The notes below the pieces were generated by a model. That model was not told the origin of the DNA. It worked only from the letters and a program-made list of their open reading frames with translations, and made no database searches. From assembly GCA_965603295.1 (NCBI GenBank), contig CBFDCL010000003.1:1-50893 (forward strand): a stretch of DNA of 50,893 nt, read 5' to 3'. The DNA is from an uncultured bacterium. Its GTDB lineage: Bacteria; BMS3Abin14. Shown piece by piece: positions 1-9,949 of this stretch (positions are counted from its first letter, which is position 1; every line of letters begins with the position of its first letter). The position numbers and the translations under genes were made by a program.

Positions 1-57
1 GTCCAACGCGTCTTTCTGCAACTTCAAACATCAAACCTCAAACTTTCAAACTACTTC

Positions 58-966
58 TTACTCTTTCTCCACGAAAATCTGCACCCTGTTGTTGTCCCGG
101 TCCGCAACGACGATCCGTTTCCCGTCGCCCACACAAAGCTGGGAAGGATAGTAGAGGAGCCCTTCCTTTCGGCCCCTGTTGAAAAGCCTCCTTAAAAATG
201 ACCCGTCCCGTCTAAGGACGCCCACGGAACTGGTCTCCTCGTCCACGATGTAAAGCATGCCCCTGCTGTCGACCTCCATGTGAGTTGGATATGCAAGGGT
301 GTCTTTAAGGACCTCAGAAAGCGGCGCAAAGGTGTCGGCTCCCGGGGCTGACGCAAACACCCGGGACCGGACGCTGTCCAGGATCAGGACACGTCCGCTT
401 CCGTCCACAGCCAGGTCCGAGATAAAACCATACTCCTCTGGAAAGGCGATCTGCCTTTTGAAGGCGCCGGACCGATCGAGAACGACAATGCGTCTTCCGA
501 AGATATCCAGGAGGTAGATGTTTCCTGCACCATCCACCCTGAAGCTCTTCGGGATGATCCTGGAGGTCCCGGTTACGTTCCGGGGCTCCACGGTCCCGGC
601 GCGATTCCCGTCAGGATCGAAACGGAGAACCTCCTTTGCCCTGCTGTCGTAGACCAGCAGTTGACCTTCCGCGCCCATCTGGACAATGGTGGGCTGGATC
701 GTTCTCGCCAGTTTGACCTCGTTGGCCAAGCTTAGGGTATCGTTCCGGAAGGTATAGAACAGGAGCCTGTTGTTCCGGGAATCCGCTATTACGATGCGAT
801 CACCATCGCAGGCCACTCCGGCGGGACCCAGGAGGTTGTTTCCCTGGCCGTTGTCGTAGATCGTAAGGACATTCCGGTAGGTCCCCGATTGGGCCCAAAC
901 TGGTCCAACGGTTAGGGTAGTGATCAACAGCGCAGCTCCAATTATCATGAATGTTACCCTTGCCAT
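58..966 (-). CDS. Secreted NHL-repeat beta-propeller protein, last gene of the OmcS-companion operon
   Basis: Signal peptide ending VWA; repeated P.G(V/L)AVD..G..Y(V/I).D..N.R motifs; ends ADRDNNRVQIF. Confidence 0.9.
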   Translation of the reverse strand: MARVTFMIIGAALLITTLTVGPVWAQSGTYRNVLTIYDNGQGNNLLGPAGVACDGDRIVIADSRNNRLLFYTFRNDTLSLANEVKLARTIQPTIVQMGAEGQLLVYDSRAKEVLRFDPDGNRAGTVEPRNVTGTSRIIPKSFRVDGAGNIYLLDIFGRRIVVLDRSGAFKRQIAFPEEYGFISDLAVDGSGRVLILDSVRSRVFASAPGADTFAPLSEVLKDTLAYPTHMEVDSRGMLYIVDEETSSVGVLRRDGSFLRRLFNRGRKEGLLYYPSQLCVGDGKRIVVADRDNNRVQIFVEKE

Positions 967-970
967 ACCG

Positions 971-2257
971 CTACCTCCTCATTCCCGTGTGGCATTGAGT
1001 GCAAAGGAAAGTATATGTGGCGAAGGGGAACAGATGATCGTATTCGGTGCCGTGGGCACGGTGGCAGCTGGAGCAGTCCAGCGTTACGTTGGTGTTCCTT
1101 GGATCCTTCACCTCTTCTCCGATGGGATGGGTGGAATGCCTTTGATATTCATGACAATCGGCACAGACCTCGATATCAGTCTTAAAGCCGAAAAGGTATG
1201 GGTTGTCGGAACCGTGAGGGGCGTGGCAGGCGCTGCAGTCCCCTTCCAGCACCGGATCGTGCTTGATCTTAGATTGCTTCTGTCTGGTCACAACACTGGG
1301 GTGACAGCCTCCGCAAAGGTCCAGCGAAGTTTCGGCCAGAAGGTGCGGCTGTTTCGAGGCATGGGGATCGTGACACGTCAGGCACCCCTCTTGTTCCAGG
1401 ACTGGCCAGTGGGCGTTAGCGCTTTCGAGGGCTTCCTCCACCGTCTTCCTGTGACACTCACCGCACGTCTCGATGCTCCCTCCGGCCGGCGGTGTTGTAC
1501 CGGGAGCCGCTTCGCCCTTGTGGCACTGGCCGCACATCCGCTTTGCAACCGGACTGTGAACGTTATCCTTGAGAATCGCGGACTTGTTGGACCCGTGTGG
1601 ATCGTGGCACAGGGAGCAGGTTGAGGAGGTCACCGGATATCCCAGATGGCTCCTGGAGAAGTTGGATTCGGAGGGATCGTGGCAATCAAGGCACAGGCCC
1701 GGCTCGCTTCCCGTAAGCAGTGAAGGGGCGTCTGCCGAAGCATGGGGATCGTGGCATTCAAGGCAGCCGTCCCCTGCGGGTTCGTGAACAACGGCTGATT
1801 CCTTGACGGCTTTTTCTATACTCTCGTGACAGTTGAAGCACAGTTCCTTCCTCGGTGCCAGCAGGAGGTCCCGGTTCTCACTGGCATGCGGATCGTGGCA
1901 GTCCGTGCAGCGGCCCTCGGACACGATCCCGTGAATGCTGACTGTCTGGTCCGGCAGCAGGTCGTCGTGGCACTCGAGGCAGATGCGGTCGGGTTCCGTA
2001 TAGAGAAGAGCACCGTGGTTGGAAGCGTGCGGATTATGGCACTCGGAGCACTGTCCCTCGGCAATGGGGGCGTGAACGCGGCGCTGCTTAACTTTCTGCT
2101 GGAATGCCTCGTGGCATGACAGGCAAAGTTCTCCGTCGGCGCCGGGCTTGAGCCTGGAATCGTTTGCAGCCCGGCCTGGGATCGGCAGGAGCATGATCCC
2201 GATCAGCAGAAGAACGACGGCGGTATTCCGTAAAGTCATGTCATATCTCCCTGTCAT
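971..2257 (-). CDS. Periplasmic multiheme cytochrome c, 16 CxxCH motifs (paired CxxCH...CxxCHxPH type)
   Basis: 16 CxxCH motifs counted by hand; signal peptide; start overlaps the upstream stop (ATGA). True start could be the second Met (MTLRN). Confidence 0.95.
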   Translation of the reverse strand: MTGRYDMTLRNTAVVLLLIGIMLLPIPGRAANDSRLKPGADGELCLSCHEAFQQKVKQRRVHAPIAEGQCSECHNPHASNHGALLYTEPDRICLECHDDLLPDQTVSIHGIVSEGRCTDCHDPHASENRDLLLAPRKELCFNCHESIEKAVKESAVVHEPAGDGCLECHDPHASADAPSLLTGSEPGLCLDCHDPSESNFSRSHLGYPVTSSTCSLCHDPHGSNKSAILKDNVHSPVAKRMCGQCHKGEAAPGTTPPAGGSIETCGECHRKTVEEALESANAHWPVLEQEGCLTCHDPHASKQPHLLAETSLDLCGGCHPSVVTRQKQSKIKHDPVLEGDCSACHAPHGSDNPYLFGFKTDIEVCADCHEYQRHSTHPIGEEVKDPRNTNVTLDCSSCHRAHGTEYDHLFPFATYTFLCTQCHTGMRR

Positions 2258-4227
2258 TGGCCCACCTCCTTATGGCACTTGTCACAGGCCCCCTGAGAGA
2301 ACGGGATATGGACCACAGGTTTGAAAAATGCAGGATCCTTTGAAACGTGCGGATCGTGGCAGTCCAGACAATCGATGGAAGCAGGATCGATGCCGAGATG
2401 GGCGCTGGAGAAGGACTCGTCCTCGGTGTCGTGGCACTGGGCGCACAGATCATGGATCGGTTCCGTGGTCAGCGCGGGTTCACCGGAGGCGTGAGCCTGA
2501 TGGCAGACCAGACATTCTTCCTCTATTGCGTCATGGGTTATCTCGCTGGTCATCCTCTCAGCCAGCGGTTCATGACAGCTGAGGCAAAGATCGTTGGTGC
2601 CGGCCAGCAGCAGGTCATCGATGGCCGCCTTGTGGGGGTTGTGACAGCTTGTGCACTCACCTCCCCTGACCGGTTCGTGCTGAACAGCAGCTTCGCCCAA
2701 TGTCCGGTCGAGGTCATCGTGGCACATAAGGCAAAGCGGTCCCTGGTCGTCTGAGATCATGCCCTTCCGGTCGCTGCCGTGGGCGTCGTGACACTCGAGG
2801 CATTCCTCCTGGACGAAGGGCAGGTGAGTGGAGACGGAGCCTTCCACCTTGAGCAGTTCCGAATGGCATTTGGAACAGGATTTATCGGCAGGCGTCCTCA
2901 GGAGATCCTCGTCCTGGGAGCCGTGGGGATTGTGGCAGGCGCTGCAGAGAGCGTTGACCACCGGTTCGTGGGTGTAGGTTCGAAGGAACTCGACCTCGGC
3001 GTCGGCGTGGCAAGAATAGCAGACCACGTCCATCCTGTCCGTGAGGATGGATGCTGTATTGGACCCGTGGGGGTCGTGGCAGGCGCCGCAGTCGTTCTCC
3101 ATGAACGGATCATGGCCCACCGGCTCATTCCGCGACCCCTGCACTTCCCCGTGGCAGTCGAAACACAGTTCGCCGGGAGCGGAAAGGAGCAGTTTCGGCT
3201 CCGCGGACTGGTGGCCGGCGTGACATGACGAACACCCCTCTTCCGTGACCGCCGCATGAGGTACTTTCACGTCAAGGCCGACTTCGTCGTGGCATTCACT
3301 GCACAAGTTGTTTCCGGCACTGGTGAGCAGAACACTGTTTTCAGAGGTGTGGGGATCGTGACAGGCGTCGCATTCGCCATCTTCGAATGGCATGTGCAGG
3401 GTCTGATCCTTATCGGCTTCGGTGGCGGTGTCGTGGCAATCGGCACACAGATCAGGATAGGCGTCCGCGATCTCGAAAGGGTTATCCGAGTCGGCAGGTC
3501 CGTGGCAATCGTCGCAGGCCACGCCGACAGTGACGTGGGAGCTTTTCCTTAGCAGTACGGCCTCAGAAGAGGAGTGGGGGTTGTGGCAGACGGAGCATTC
3601 CCGGTCCTGGACAGGATAGCCGCCGTGGGCCTCTTTGAAAGCCTCATCCCTGCTCTCGTGGCAGTCAAGACAGAGGGCGGCGGGCTTCCCTGTGAGCAGG
3701 CTATCCTGGTCGGAGCTGTGAGGTTCGTGGCAGACCAGGCAACCCTTGTCGTCGAGCACCGCGTGACGGACCTTTCGGGTGTATTCGCCCTGATCGTGGC
3801 AGGTAAAACACAGGTCGCCGCCTTCGGCGCGCAGGAGGTGATCTGCCTCAGAAGCGTGCGGATCGTGACACGAAGAGCACTTCCCTTCCGAAACGGCCTG
3901 GTGGACGTGTTTCCTGTCAAGGTTCAGATCCTGTTCTTCGTGGCAGCCGGCACAGAGCTTGTCTCCGTCATCCTTGAGGATGAGTTTTCCCACGAGGCCG
4001 TGCCTTAAGTGGCACTGCTCACAGTCACCTTCCTTCATAGCATCATGAACGTTGGACCTGGAGAGGACCTCCTCCTTAAACTGCGTGTGGCACTCTACGC
4101 ACTCCTTGCGTTTGAAGGTCCTCTTTTTTGCGGCATCGGCCTGGCCGGACAGGAGGAGGACCCCCCCGGTCAGAAGGACCGACAGCACCGCCGGAAGAAG
4201 CCTTTGTCGTGAGAAGTCGTGGACCAT
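2254..4227 (-). CDS. Periplasmic multiheme cytochrome c, 26 CxxCH motifs
   Basis: 26 CxxCH motifs counted by hand, arranged as LCxxCH...CxxCHxPHxS modules; signal peptide ending ADA; GGAGG RBS. Confidence 0.95.
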   Translation of the reverse strand: MVHDFSRQRLLPAVLSVLLTGGVLLLSGQADAAKKRTFKRKECVECHTQFKEEVLSRSNVHDAMKEGDCEQCHLRHGLVGKLILKDDGDKLCAGCHEEQDLNLDRKHVHQAVSEGKCSSCHDPHASEADHLLRAEGGDLCFTCHDQGEYTRKVRHAVLDDKGCLVCHEPHSSDQDSLLTGKPAALCLDCHESRDEAFKEAHGGYPVQDRECSVCHNPHSSSEAVLLRKSSHVTVGVACDDCHGPADSDNPFEIADAYPDLCADCHDTATEADKDQTLHMPFEDGECDACHDPHTSENSVLLTSAGNNLCSECHDEVGLDVKVPHAAVTEEGCSSCHAGHQSAEPKLLLSAPGELCFDCHGEVQGSRNEPVGHDPFMENDCGACHDPHGSNTASILTDRMDVVCYSCHADAEVEFLRTYTHEPVVNALCSACHNPHGSQDEDLLRTPADKSCSKCHSELLKVEGSVSTHLPFVQEECLECHDAHGSDRKGMISDDQGPLCLMCHDDLDRTLGEAAVQHEPVRGGECTSCHNPHKAAIDDLLLAGTNDLCLSCHEPLAERMTSEITHDAIEEECLVCHQAHASGEPALTTEPIHDLCAQCHDTEDESFSSAHLGIDPASIDCLDCHDPHVSKDPAFFKPVVHIPFSQGACDKCHKEVGQ

Positions 4228-4236
4228 GCTACCTCC

Positions 4237-5898
4237 CTAATTTACATCCCGGTCCTGCGGCAGAGGACCTTTGTCGAGTTTGTCTTCGTAGATCGTGATC
4301 TCTGAAATTTCCCGGAGTTCGGCTAGGAGTTCTCCTATGACCTGGTTCATGCGCTCGCCGAACAGTTCTTTGGCAATAACCGGGCGGACCTTTTCGAAGG
4401 GCTCCCTGGCTCTCGGCGGGAGTTCCCGGACGACGAACACCTTGTAGGTACCCTTCTCAGGTTCGTAGAGACCGGTGTCCCCGGGAGCAGCCCCGGAGAG
4501 GTGTCCCTCCATATCCTGAGGTAACGATTCAAGGGTCAGCTCCTCATCGGCTATACCGTTCTCTTTTAGTCCCCGGGCGTTCCGGCTGAGCCACTTCAGA
4601 TCGGTGCCCCGGTTTAAACTCTCCAGAGCCTTTCGGGCGCTGTCCTCTTCAGTAAAGGTCAGGCTCTGGACCCTGACGGTCTGCGGCATCAGGAACTCCT
4701 CCGTTCGTGCCTCATATGCGTCCCGGACTTCCTCATCCTTCAAGCGCGCCTGGGGAGCAAGAAACTCCTCGATATACATGCCGAAGACGAGGGACTTCTT
4801 GTAGGCGGCGACCGTTTCACGGTATCGATCGGTCCGGTCGATCTCCAAGAGGCGCGCCTCTTTCAGGTACAGCGTCTCCTCGAGGGCATCCTTGAGGACA
4901 GATTCAGCCTTCGACGCCAGTGTTTCCCTGTGCTCCAAGACCTCACCCCCATGGTAGGATTCCTTCTGAAGGTGGCCAAGGAGATCGAAGACAAGGACCG
5001 GATCTTCCCCGGAGATCTCAGCCACGACGCGTGAATCCCCCTCGACATCGGTGAAATCTCCCTTGCCGATGGTTGTGAGGATATCCCGATCAATTGTGGC
5101 ATATTTATTAAGGAGCCCATCGGTGTGCTCACTGATGACCTCTTTCCTCTTCAGGGTCAGGGCTTTTCTGACCGCCCGGCGGCGCGAGGCGGGATCATCC
5201 GGATAGCTCACCTCCGTCAATTTGAAGACGAAGAACCGGCCTGCGGCCGTAATGACCTGTGTGACCGAACCAGCTTCCTTGCCGAGGAAGGCGGCGTTTA
5301 TCTCAGGTGCTATCTCGGCTTCCCGAACCTCCTGTTCTGCACCCTCCCAGGCAGCTACCCCCTCCTGGACATATTTTTCCCCGACCGCTTCGAAATCCCC
5401 ACCCTCTTTCATCTCGCCGCGGAAGGCGCTGGCTTGATCGAAGTCCCCGAAAACGATGGCCTTGAACTTCCAGCGCCTGACCTCATCCCTGTAGATCCTC
5501 TCGATGTCATCCTCATCGGCTTTAACTTCCCGCAGCAGTTTTTCCTGGAGCAACTTGACAAGGGTACGATCGGAAAAACGCCGGATGTTCTCCCTGATCT
5601 CCGGCCTTTCATCGAGGCCGACGTCCAGCGCCTCCTGAACCAGGAGTCTGGAATCGATCAGCCGGTTCAGGGCCCTTTCATAACCCACCCACGCCACGGG
5701 GTTGTCCTCGCTCATGCCCCTGTGCCGGGCCGCGACGGCCTCCTCCAGTTCCTCCAGGTAGATCTCCTCGCCGTTCACGACAGCGACGACCTCTCTTGCC
5801 CGCGTTGTCTCTTCATCGGCTTGCGATGAAACAGATCCGACTGCCGTGAATAAGCAAAACACCGGGATGGCCAGAACAGCAAATTTCATAATTCTCAA
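4237..5898 (-). CDS. SurA/PpiC-like periplasmic chaperone (OmcS-companion chaperone type)
   Basis: Signal peptide; VVAVVNGEEI...L..LID..LL.QEA...G SurA-N motif; two degenerate parvulin-like segments; position in operon. Confidence 0.8.
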   Translation of the reverse strand: MRIMKFAVLAIPVFCLFTAVGSVSSQADEETTRAREVVAVVNGEEIYLEELEEAVAARHRGMSEDNPVAWVGYERALNRLIDSRLLVQEALDVGLDERPEIRENIRRFSDRTLVKLLQEKLLREVKADEDDIERIYRDEVRRWKFKAIVFGDFDQASAFRGEMKEGGDFEAVGEKYVQEGVAAWEGAEQEVREAEIAPEINAAFLGKEAGSVTQVITAAGRFFVFKLTEVSYPDDPASRRRAVRKALTLKRKEVISEHTDGLLNKYATIDRDILTTIGKGDFTDVEGDSRVVAEISGEDPVLVFDLLGHLQKESYHGGEVLEHRETLASKAESVLKDALEETLYLKEARLLEIDRTDRYRETVAAYKKSLVFGMYIEEFLAPQARLKDEEVRDAYEARTEEFLMPQTVRVQSLTFTEEDSARKALESLNRGTDLKWLSRNARGLKENGIADEELTLESLPQDMEGHLSGAAPGDTGLYEPEKGTYKVFVVRELPPRAREPFEKVRPVIAKELFGERMNQVIGELLAELREISEITIYEDKLDKGPLPQDRDVN

Positions 5899-7130
5899 GG
5901 TATAACCCCTTCTTTGTTTGATGTGGTTTCCGGATCACCTGCCTGCAGGGACATCCCGGAAACGGTCGCACTCACCATGGCATCTGCCAGACTGCAGGCT
6001 GTGCTTCTTCTTCCAACGCCGAAGAAGAACACGCCGTCATCGCCCTTTCCGTCGCTGCGGGATGACCAGACGATCTCCTTGCCCGCGCGATCGAACATCT
6101 GGACTGAGAACTCCACCTCCGGATCCCTGGAAACGACCCTGGTGTCCAGATAACGAATCACTGTTCCGGTGAGGACAAGATCCGCCCCCGTGGACTTTAA
6201 GACCAGTTCAAGGTGCGGCAGACTCAGCCCTCCCTGGAGAAAAACCCTGGAGTTCAGAAGCGCCCGGCGGACCTCTCCCGGTTCCAGGATCCGGACACCG
6301 GGCAGATAGGCCATCCGCTGGACGAAGTGAAGGGGCAGGATCTCCCAGGCGTAGGACCTTTCGCTGAGGTTCAGGAAAGGCATCACTGCTACCGTGGCCG
6401 GTTCCGCCGACTCCATGCGGGGTGAACGGTATGTGTCGGTGGGCAGGCTGCCCCGTCCCGGGTCCGCGCCGGCGTTCCACTCGCTTCCTCCGGCGAGGTG
6501 GAACACCATCGAGCGGGCCAGTTGATCAATGGCTTTCTCCATCAATACGCGGGAATCCTCGATGAGGCCCAGGTCAAGGAGACCTGGCGAGTCGTCCCCT
6601 GCTCCGCAGTAGCTGTCCATCCACTGTATTTCCAGATCCTTCCCCAAAGACACAAGTCTCGCGTGCAGGGAGATTTTCGGCGGATCACCCTCGTCAAAGT
6701 ATTCAAGGGAGGAAATGAGGACCGCCTCAACACTCGTCTCCTCCTTCATGGCCGAGGCGGTGATCCCGTCCACGCCGCCTGTGTACCGCATGCGCCGTTT
6801 TGCCATGAACTGATCCAGGATCTCTTTTTCAAGGACTTGAACACCGCCTTTTCTCAAGGCAAGGTAAAACAGCTTTTCCACGTCTTTCAGCGGCCCGGGG
6901 ACGGCCGTCATGTTGTGTACCGGAAGGACGGCAACCTTCAGGCCAGCCCATTGCCCCCTTTCCGACTCGCCGGCCCAGGAAATCCCCTGGCGGGTGCCCT
7001 GCTGATCTGTCCCGGCCCACTGAACAGGGGCCAGAGTTTCCCATCGATCACCGGTGGCGGCGCATCCCGTGAGCATGAAAGCAGCGCCTGCAAGAAGGAG
7101 GAAAACCCGTTTACAGGAAGAGATTGTCAA
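5895..7130 (-). CDS. Lipoprotein with two CsgG/LpoB-like domains
   Basis: Lipobox LTGC; two repeats of (K/T)VAV(L/M)P(V/F)xN...(E/D)(A/L)VL...W motif. Confidence 0.75.
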   Translation of the reverse strand: MTISSCKRVFLLLAGAAFMLTGCAATGDRWETLAPVQWAGTDQQGTRQGISWAGESERGQWAGLKVAVLPVHNMTAVPGPLKDVEKLFYLALRKGGVQVLEKEILDQFMAKRRMRYTGGVDGITASAMKEETSVEAVLISSLEYFDEGDPPKISLHARLVSLGKDLEIQWMDSYCGAGDDSPGLLDLGLIEDSRVLMEKAIDQLARSMVFHLAGGSEWNAGADPGRGSLPTDTYRSPRMESAEPATVAVMPFLNLSERSYAWEILPLHFVQRMAYLPGVRILEPGEVRRALLNSRVFLQGGLSLPHLELVLKSTGADLVLTGTVIRYLDTRVVSRDPEVEFSVQMFDRAGKEIVWSSRSDGKGDDGVFFFGVGRRSTACSLADAMVSATVSGMSLQAGDPETTSNKEGVIP

Positions 7131-7737
7131 GGAGCTCCTCCACCGCCTCCCTCGTCAACTCGCTCATGGATTTCCCCCCGCCGAAGAGGCGGGTCCAGGT
7201 GTTTATGCCGCCCTTGGTAGAGGAGGAAGACCACACGACCGTGCCAGTTTCGGTCTCGATCATCTTCAGGCTGATCGATATCGTGTTGGCTGAAATGGAA
7301 CCGGAGCGGACCGATCCGTACTCTCTCACAACACCGGTTATCACGGCATCCGCCTTGACTATCCCAGCGAAGCGTACGATCTCCTCCGGAGAGGGATCCG
7401 CCGGGTTGCGCATCCCGGCCCGTGAGATCCCCCGCACCACCTCCCCTGAGGGAAGGACGTAGAACGCCTCGGTGGCCAGGAGGGCGTTGGCAAAAACGTC
7501 CTTCACCCTTTCGGCCGCCATGGGGTCCGTCGACAGGTTCACGAAGGGCAGGACCCCCGCCCTCTGGATGGACGGAAAATCCATGACCGGATCGTGATAC
7601 ACGTCCGCGACGGGTGTAGTGGCGCATCCGGCCGCCGATACCAGGAAAACAGTGAGTAGAAGAAACGCTTCCGCACCCCTCCTTTTCGAGAATATCCTCC
7701 TGGTCACTTCACGTCGATCGCTGTCAGCTGAGGTCAT
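7111..7737 (-). CDS. CsgG/LpoB-like lipoprotein
   Basis: Lipobox AAGC; GVLPFVNLS...ADAVITGVVREYG...ISLKMIETETGTVVWS. Confidence 0.8.
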   Translation of the reverse strand: MTSADSDRREVTRRIFSKRRGAEAFLLLTVFLVSAAGCATTPVADVYHDPVMDFPSIQRAGVLPFVNLSTDPMAAERVKDVFANALLATEAFYVLPSGEVVRGISRAGMRNPADPSPEEIVRFAGIVKADAVITGVVREYGSVRSGSISANTISISLKMIETETGTVVWSSSSTKGGINTWTRLFGGGKSMSELTREAVEELLDNLFL

Positions 7738-7753
7738 TTTCTCATCCCTTTTT

Positions 7754-9949
7754 TCACAGGTTCAAATTGAGGTTCGCGGTCAGGCTCCGCGAATCCACCA
7801 ATTCCGTATCGGACTCGCTGCTCGACCATCTGTAGGCCGTCTGCAGCGTGGCATACCTGGTGATCCGCCACCTGAGGCCCGGGCTGAGCGTCTTCTCTTC
7901 CTTGTTCCCCTCGGATTGGAACACCTGCCCATAGGACAGGAGGAACTGGACGGACCCACCCATCAAGGGGGACCAGCTCAGGGTATATTGCTGCGTGCTC
8001 CTCCTGTCGTCCTCATCCTCGTCAAACCTGAGACGGGCAAACATCGACAGGGAATTGCTCGGCAGGATAAAGGCCTGGAAGCTGCCCGTCTCGCTGAGGT
8101 ATTTTTCGCCCTCCGGGTCCCGTGACCGGTTGGCTCTGTAGTCAATGTTCATGGTCACGATGTCGTTGGGAACAAGTTTTGAACCGACCCTGAGGATGGT
8201 GCCTCTTGTTTTGTCCTCGTCCCCGTCCTGGCTCCAGTTAACACCGGTGTCCAGGTAGGCGCTTACCCCCCGGTAGAGGTCCGCGTTGTTCCTCAGGTAC
8301 ACCGAGTTGGTCCGGCCGCCGCCCTCGTTATCAAAGGTGCGATTTCCACTATAGGTCAGCGTCTGCCGGAAGGTCCTCATGTGATCGGCCCTTAAGGAGG
8401 CGTTAAAAGAGTTGACGGCTGAATTGCCGGTCACCTCTTCCCGGTTTCTACGTGAAACCCTGGCGCTGCCTGAAAAGACCCCGTTGAACCTGTGATTTGC
8501 GAAGAGGCCGTTGGTCATGGTGGACTCCTCAACGTTGGCGGGGTCGGATTCCTGGTGCCGGTAGAACCAGTCGTAACCGACGGAGGTCCGTTCCGTTACC
8601 CTCCAGTTTATATTATAGTCCAGCCTGTGCCTCGTGGAGCTGATCTCGTCCTGGCTGGTCAGGGTGGAGAAGACCTCCATCTCGGTGATGAAGATGTTTG
8701 GGAAACCCGAGGCCCCGGTTACCGAGGGCAGCAGGGGCATGACCACTACCTTGATGAACCGGGTATCCACCGAGGCGAACGTGATATCGAACCGGTTCTC
8801 GAAGGTATCGAACTCCCCTGGTGATATGGTGGCGTGCAGCTGCCAGTCAGAGGTGTCAGTGTTGTCGGGGCTCGTGTAGACGTACCAAGTGAAGGAGTCT
8901 GACACTTCCTGCGTCAGCTCACGGTCCACCCACAGGTGGATCGTGTCGACGCTGGCCGTGAAACCCGTATCCACACCGATATTTGTCAGGGTCGTCTCGT
9001 CACCTGCAAGGCCTATGTCCAAGCTCGTGGGCACGGCGGTCTCCCCGTCGATAAGCCCCCCTGCGGACTCCAGGGCAGGACCGTCCTCCGGTGAAATGTC
9101 CAGGGAGAACAGGCCTGCTGACCGCAGCTGCGGGATCAGGGCGCTGCCCGTTCCTTCCAGGTCCGTTTCGGAATGGCTGAACCAGTAACCGGTGCTTACA
9201 CGGACTTTCCCATCGAGGTAGCTGCTGCTGTGATGAAACTTCAGGTTATGGATACTGTTGCCTGTCCTGAAATCGTTGAGGTTATCCTTGGTGATGTTCT
9301 GGCTATAGGTGTAATCGACGTTTCCACCCGTAAAGTCATACCTTGTATGGGCCGTAGTCTGGTCCTCAACGATGTCCACCGTTTCCGGGTCGCTGGAGCG
9401 GTCGGCCCTCGAGAACATCAGATCCAGTTCCGGAAGCTGATCCGGCTCCAGGGAGAGGAAAGCGTAACGTGTTCTGTTGAACCTGGCTGTTCTCGCACCA
9501 CCGGCCACCTTCTGGCGATCCTCGAAATCCCGGTATCCGACCCCCGTCTGCAGGAAGGGGTTATCCACCTTCAGCTCCAGGTAGGGACGGATGCTCGTCC
9601 TTTTCACCTCAGTGAGGTTTCCCTCAAATTCGGATTCCGTGTCGTCTATTCTGAAATTCCCGCCCCCCGTAAAGATCAGGTAGGGGTAGATGTCCCGCGA
9701 GAAATACAGGTTGTAGCGCTGGCTCAGTGTGGTCGAGCTCGACTCTGAGCTCTGCCCGGTGACCCTGTTTTCCGTCTCTCTGTCTGAACTGGAGTATCCG
9801 TACCCGGCGTTAAGGTCAAAACCGGCAGCCCCGGCCGTCCCGGGCAGATCCATGAAAAGAACTAACGCCACCAAGGTCGTGCATAGAGTCAATGCCCCTC
9901 TGGTCCGACTGGTTCTATTCAATAACAGCCACCTCACTGGGAGCCCCAT
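7754..9949 (-). CDS. Outer-membrane beta-barrel protein with an inserted discoidin/galactose-binding-like domain
   Basis: Signal peptide; alternating aromatic/hydrophobic beta-strands; C-terminal LNLNL; central IGVDTG...TRFIKVVV...ITEMEVF segment. Confidence 0.75.
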   Translation of the reverse strand: MGLPVRWLLLNRTSRTRGALTLCTTLVALVLFMDLPGTAGAAGFDLNAGYGYSSSDRETENRVTGQSSESSSTTLSQRYNLYFSRDIYPYLIFTGGGNFRIDDTESEFEGNLTEVKRTSIRPYLELKVDNPFLQTGVGYRDFEDRQKVAGGARTARFNRTRYAFLSLEPDQLPELDLMFSRADRSSDPETVDIVEDQTTAHTRYDFTGGNVDYTYSQNITKDNLNDFRTGNSIHNLKFHHSSSYLDGKVRVSTGYWFSHSETDLEGTGSALIPQLRSAGLFSLDISPEDGPALESAGGLIDGETAVPTSLDIGLAGDETTLTNIGVDTGFTASVDTIHLWVDRELTQEVSDSFTWYVYTSPDNTDTSDWQLHATISPGEFDTFENRFDITFASVDTRFIKVVVMPLLPSVTGASGFPNIFITEMEVFSTLTSQDEISSTRHRLDYNINWRVTERTSVGYDWFYRHQESDPANVEESTMTNGLFANHRFNGVFSGSARVSRRNREEVTGNSAVNSFNASLRADHMRTFRQTLTYSGNRTFDNEGGGRTNSVYLRNNADLYRGVSAYLDTGVNWSQDGDEDKTRGTILRVGSKLVPNDIVTMNIDYRANRSRDPEGEKYLSETGSFQAFILPSNSLSMFARLRFDEDEDDRRSTQQYTLSWSPLMGGSVQFLLSYGQVFQSEGNKEEKTLSPGLRWRITRYATLQTAYRWSSSESDTELVDSRSLTANLNLNL

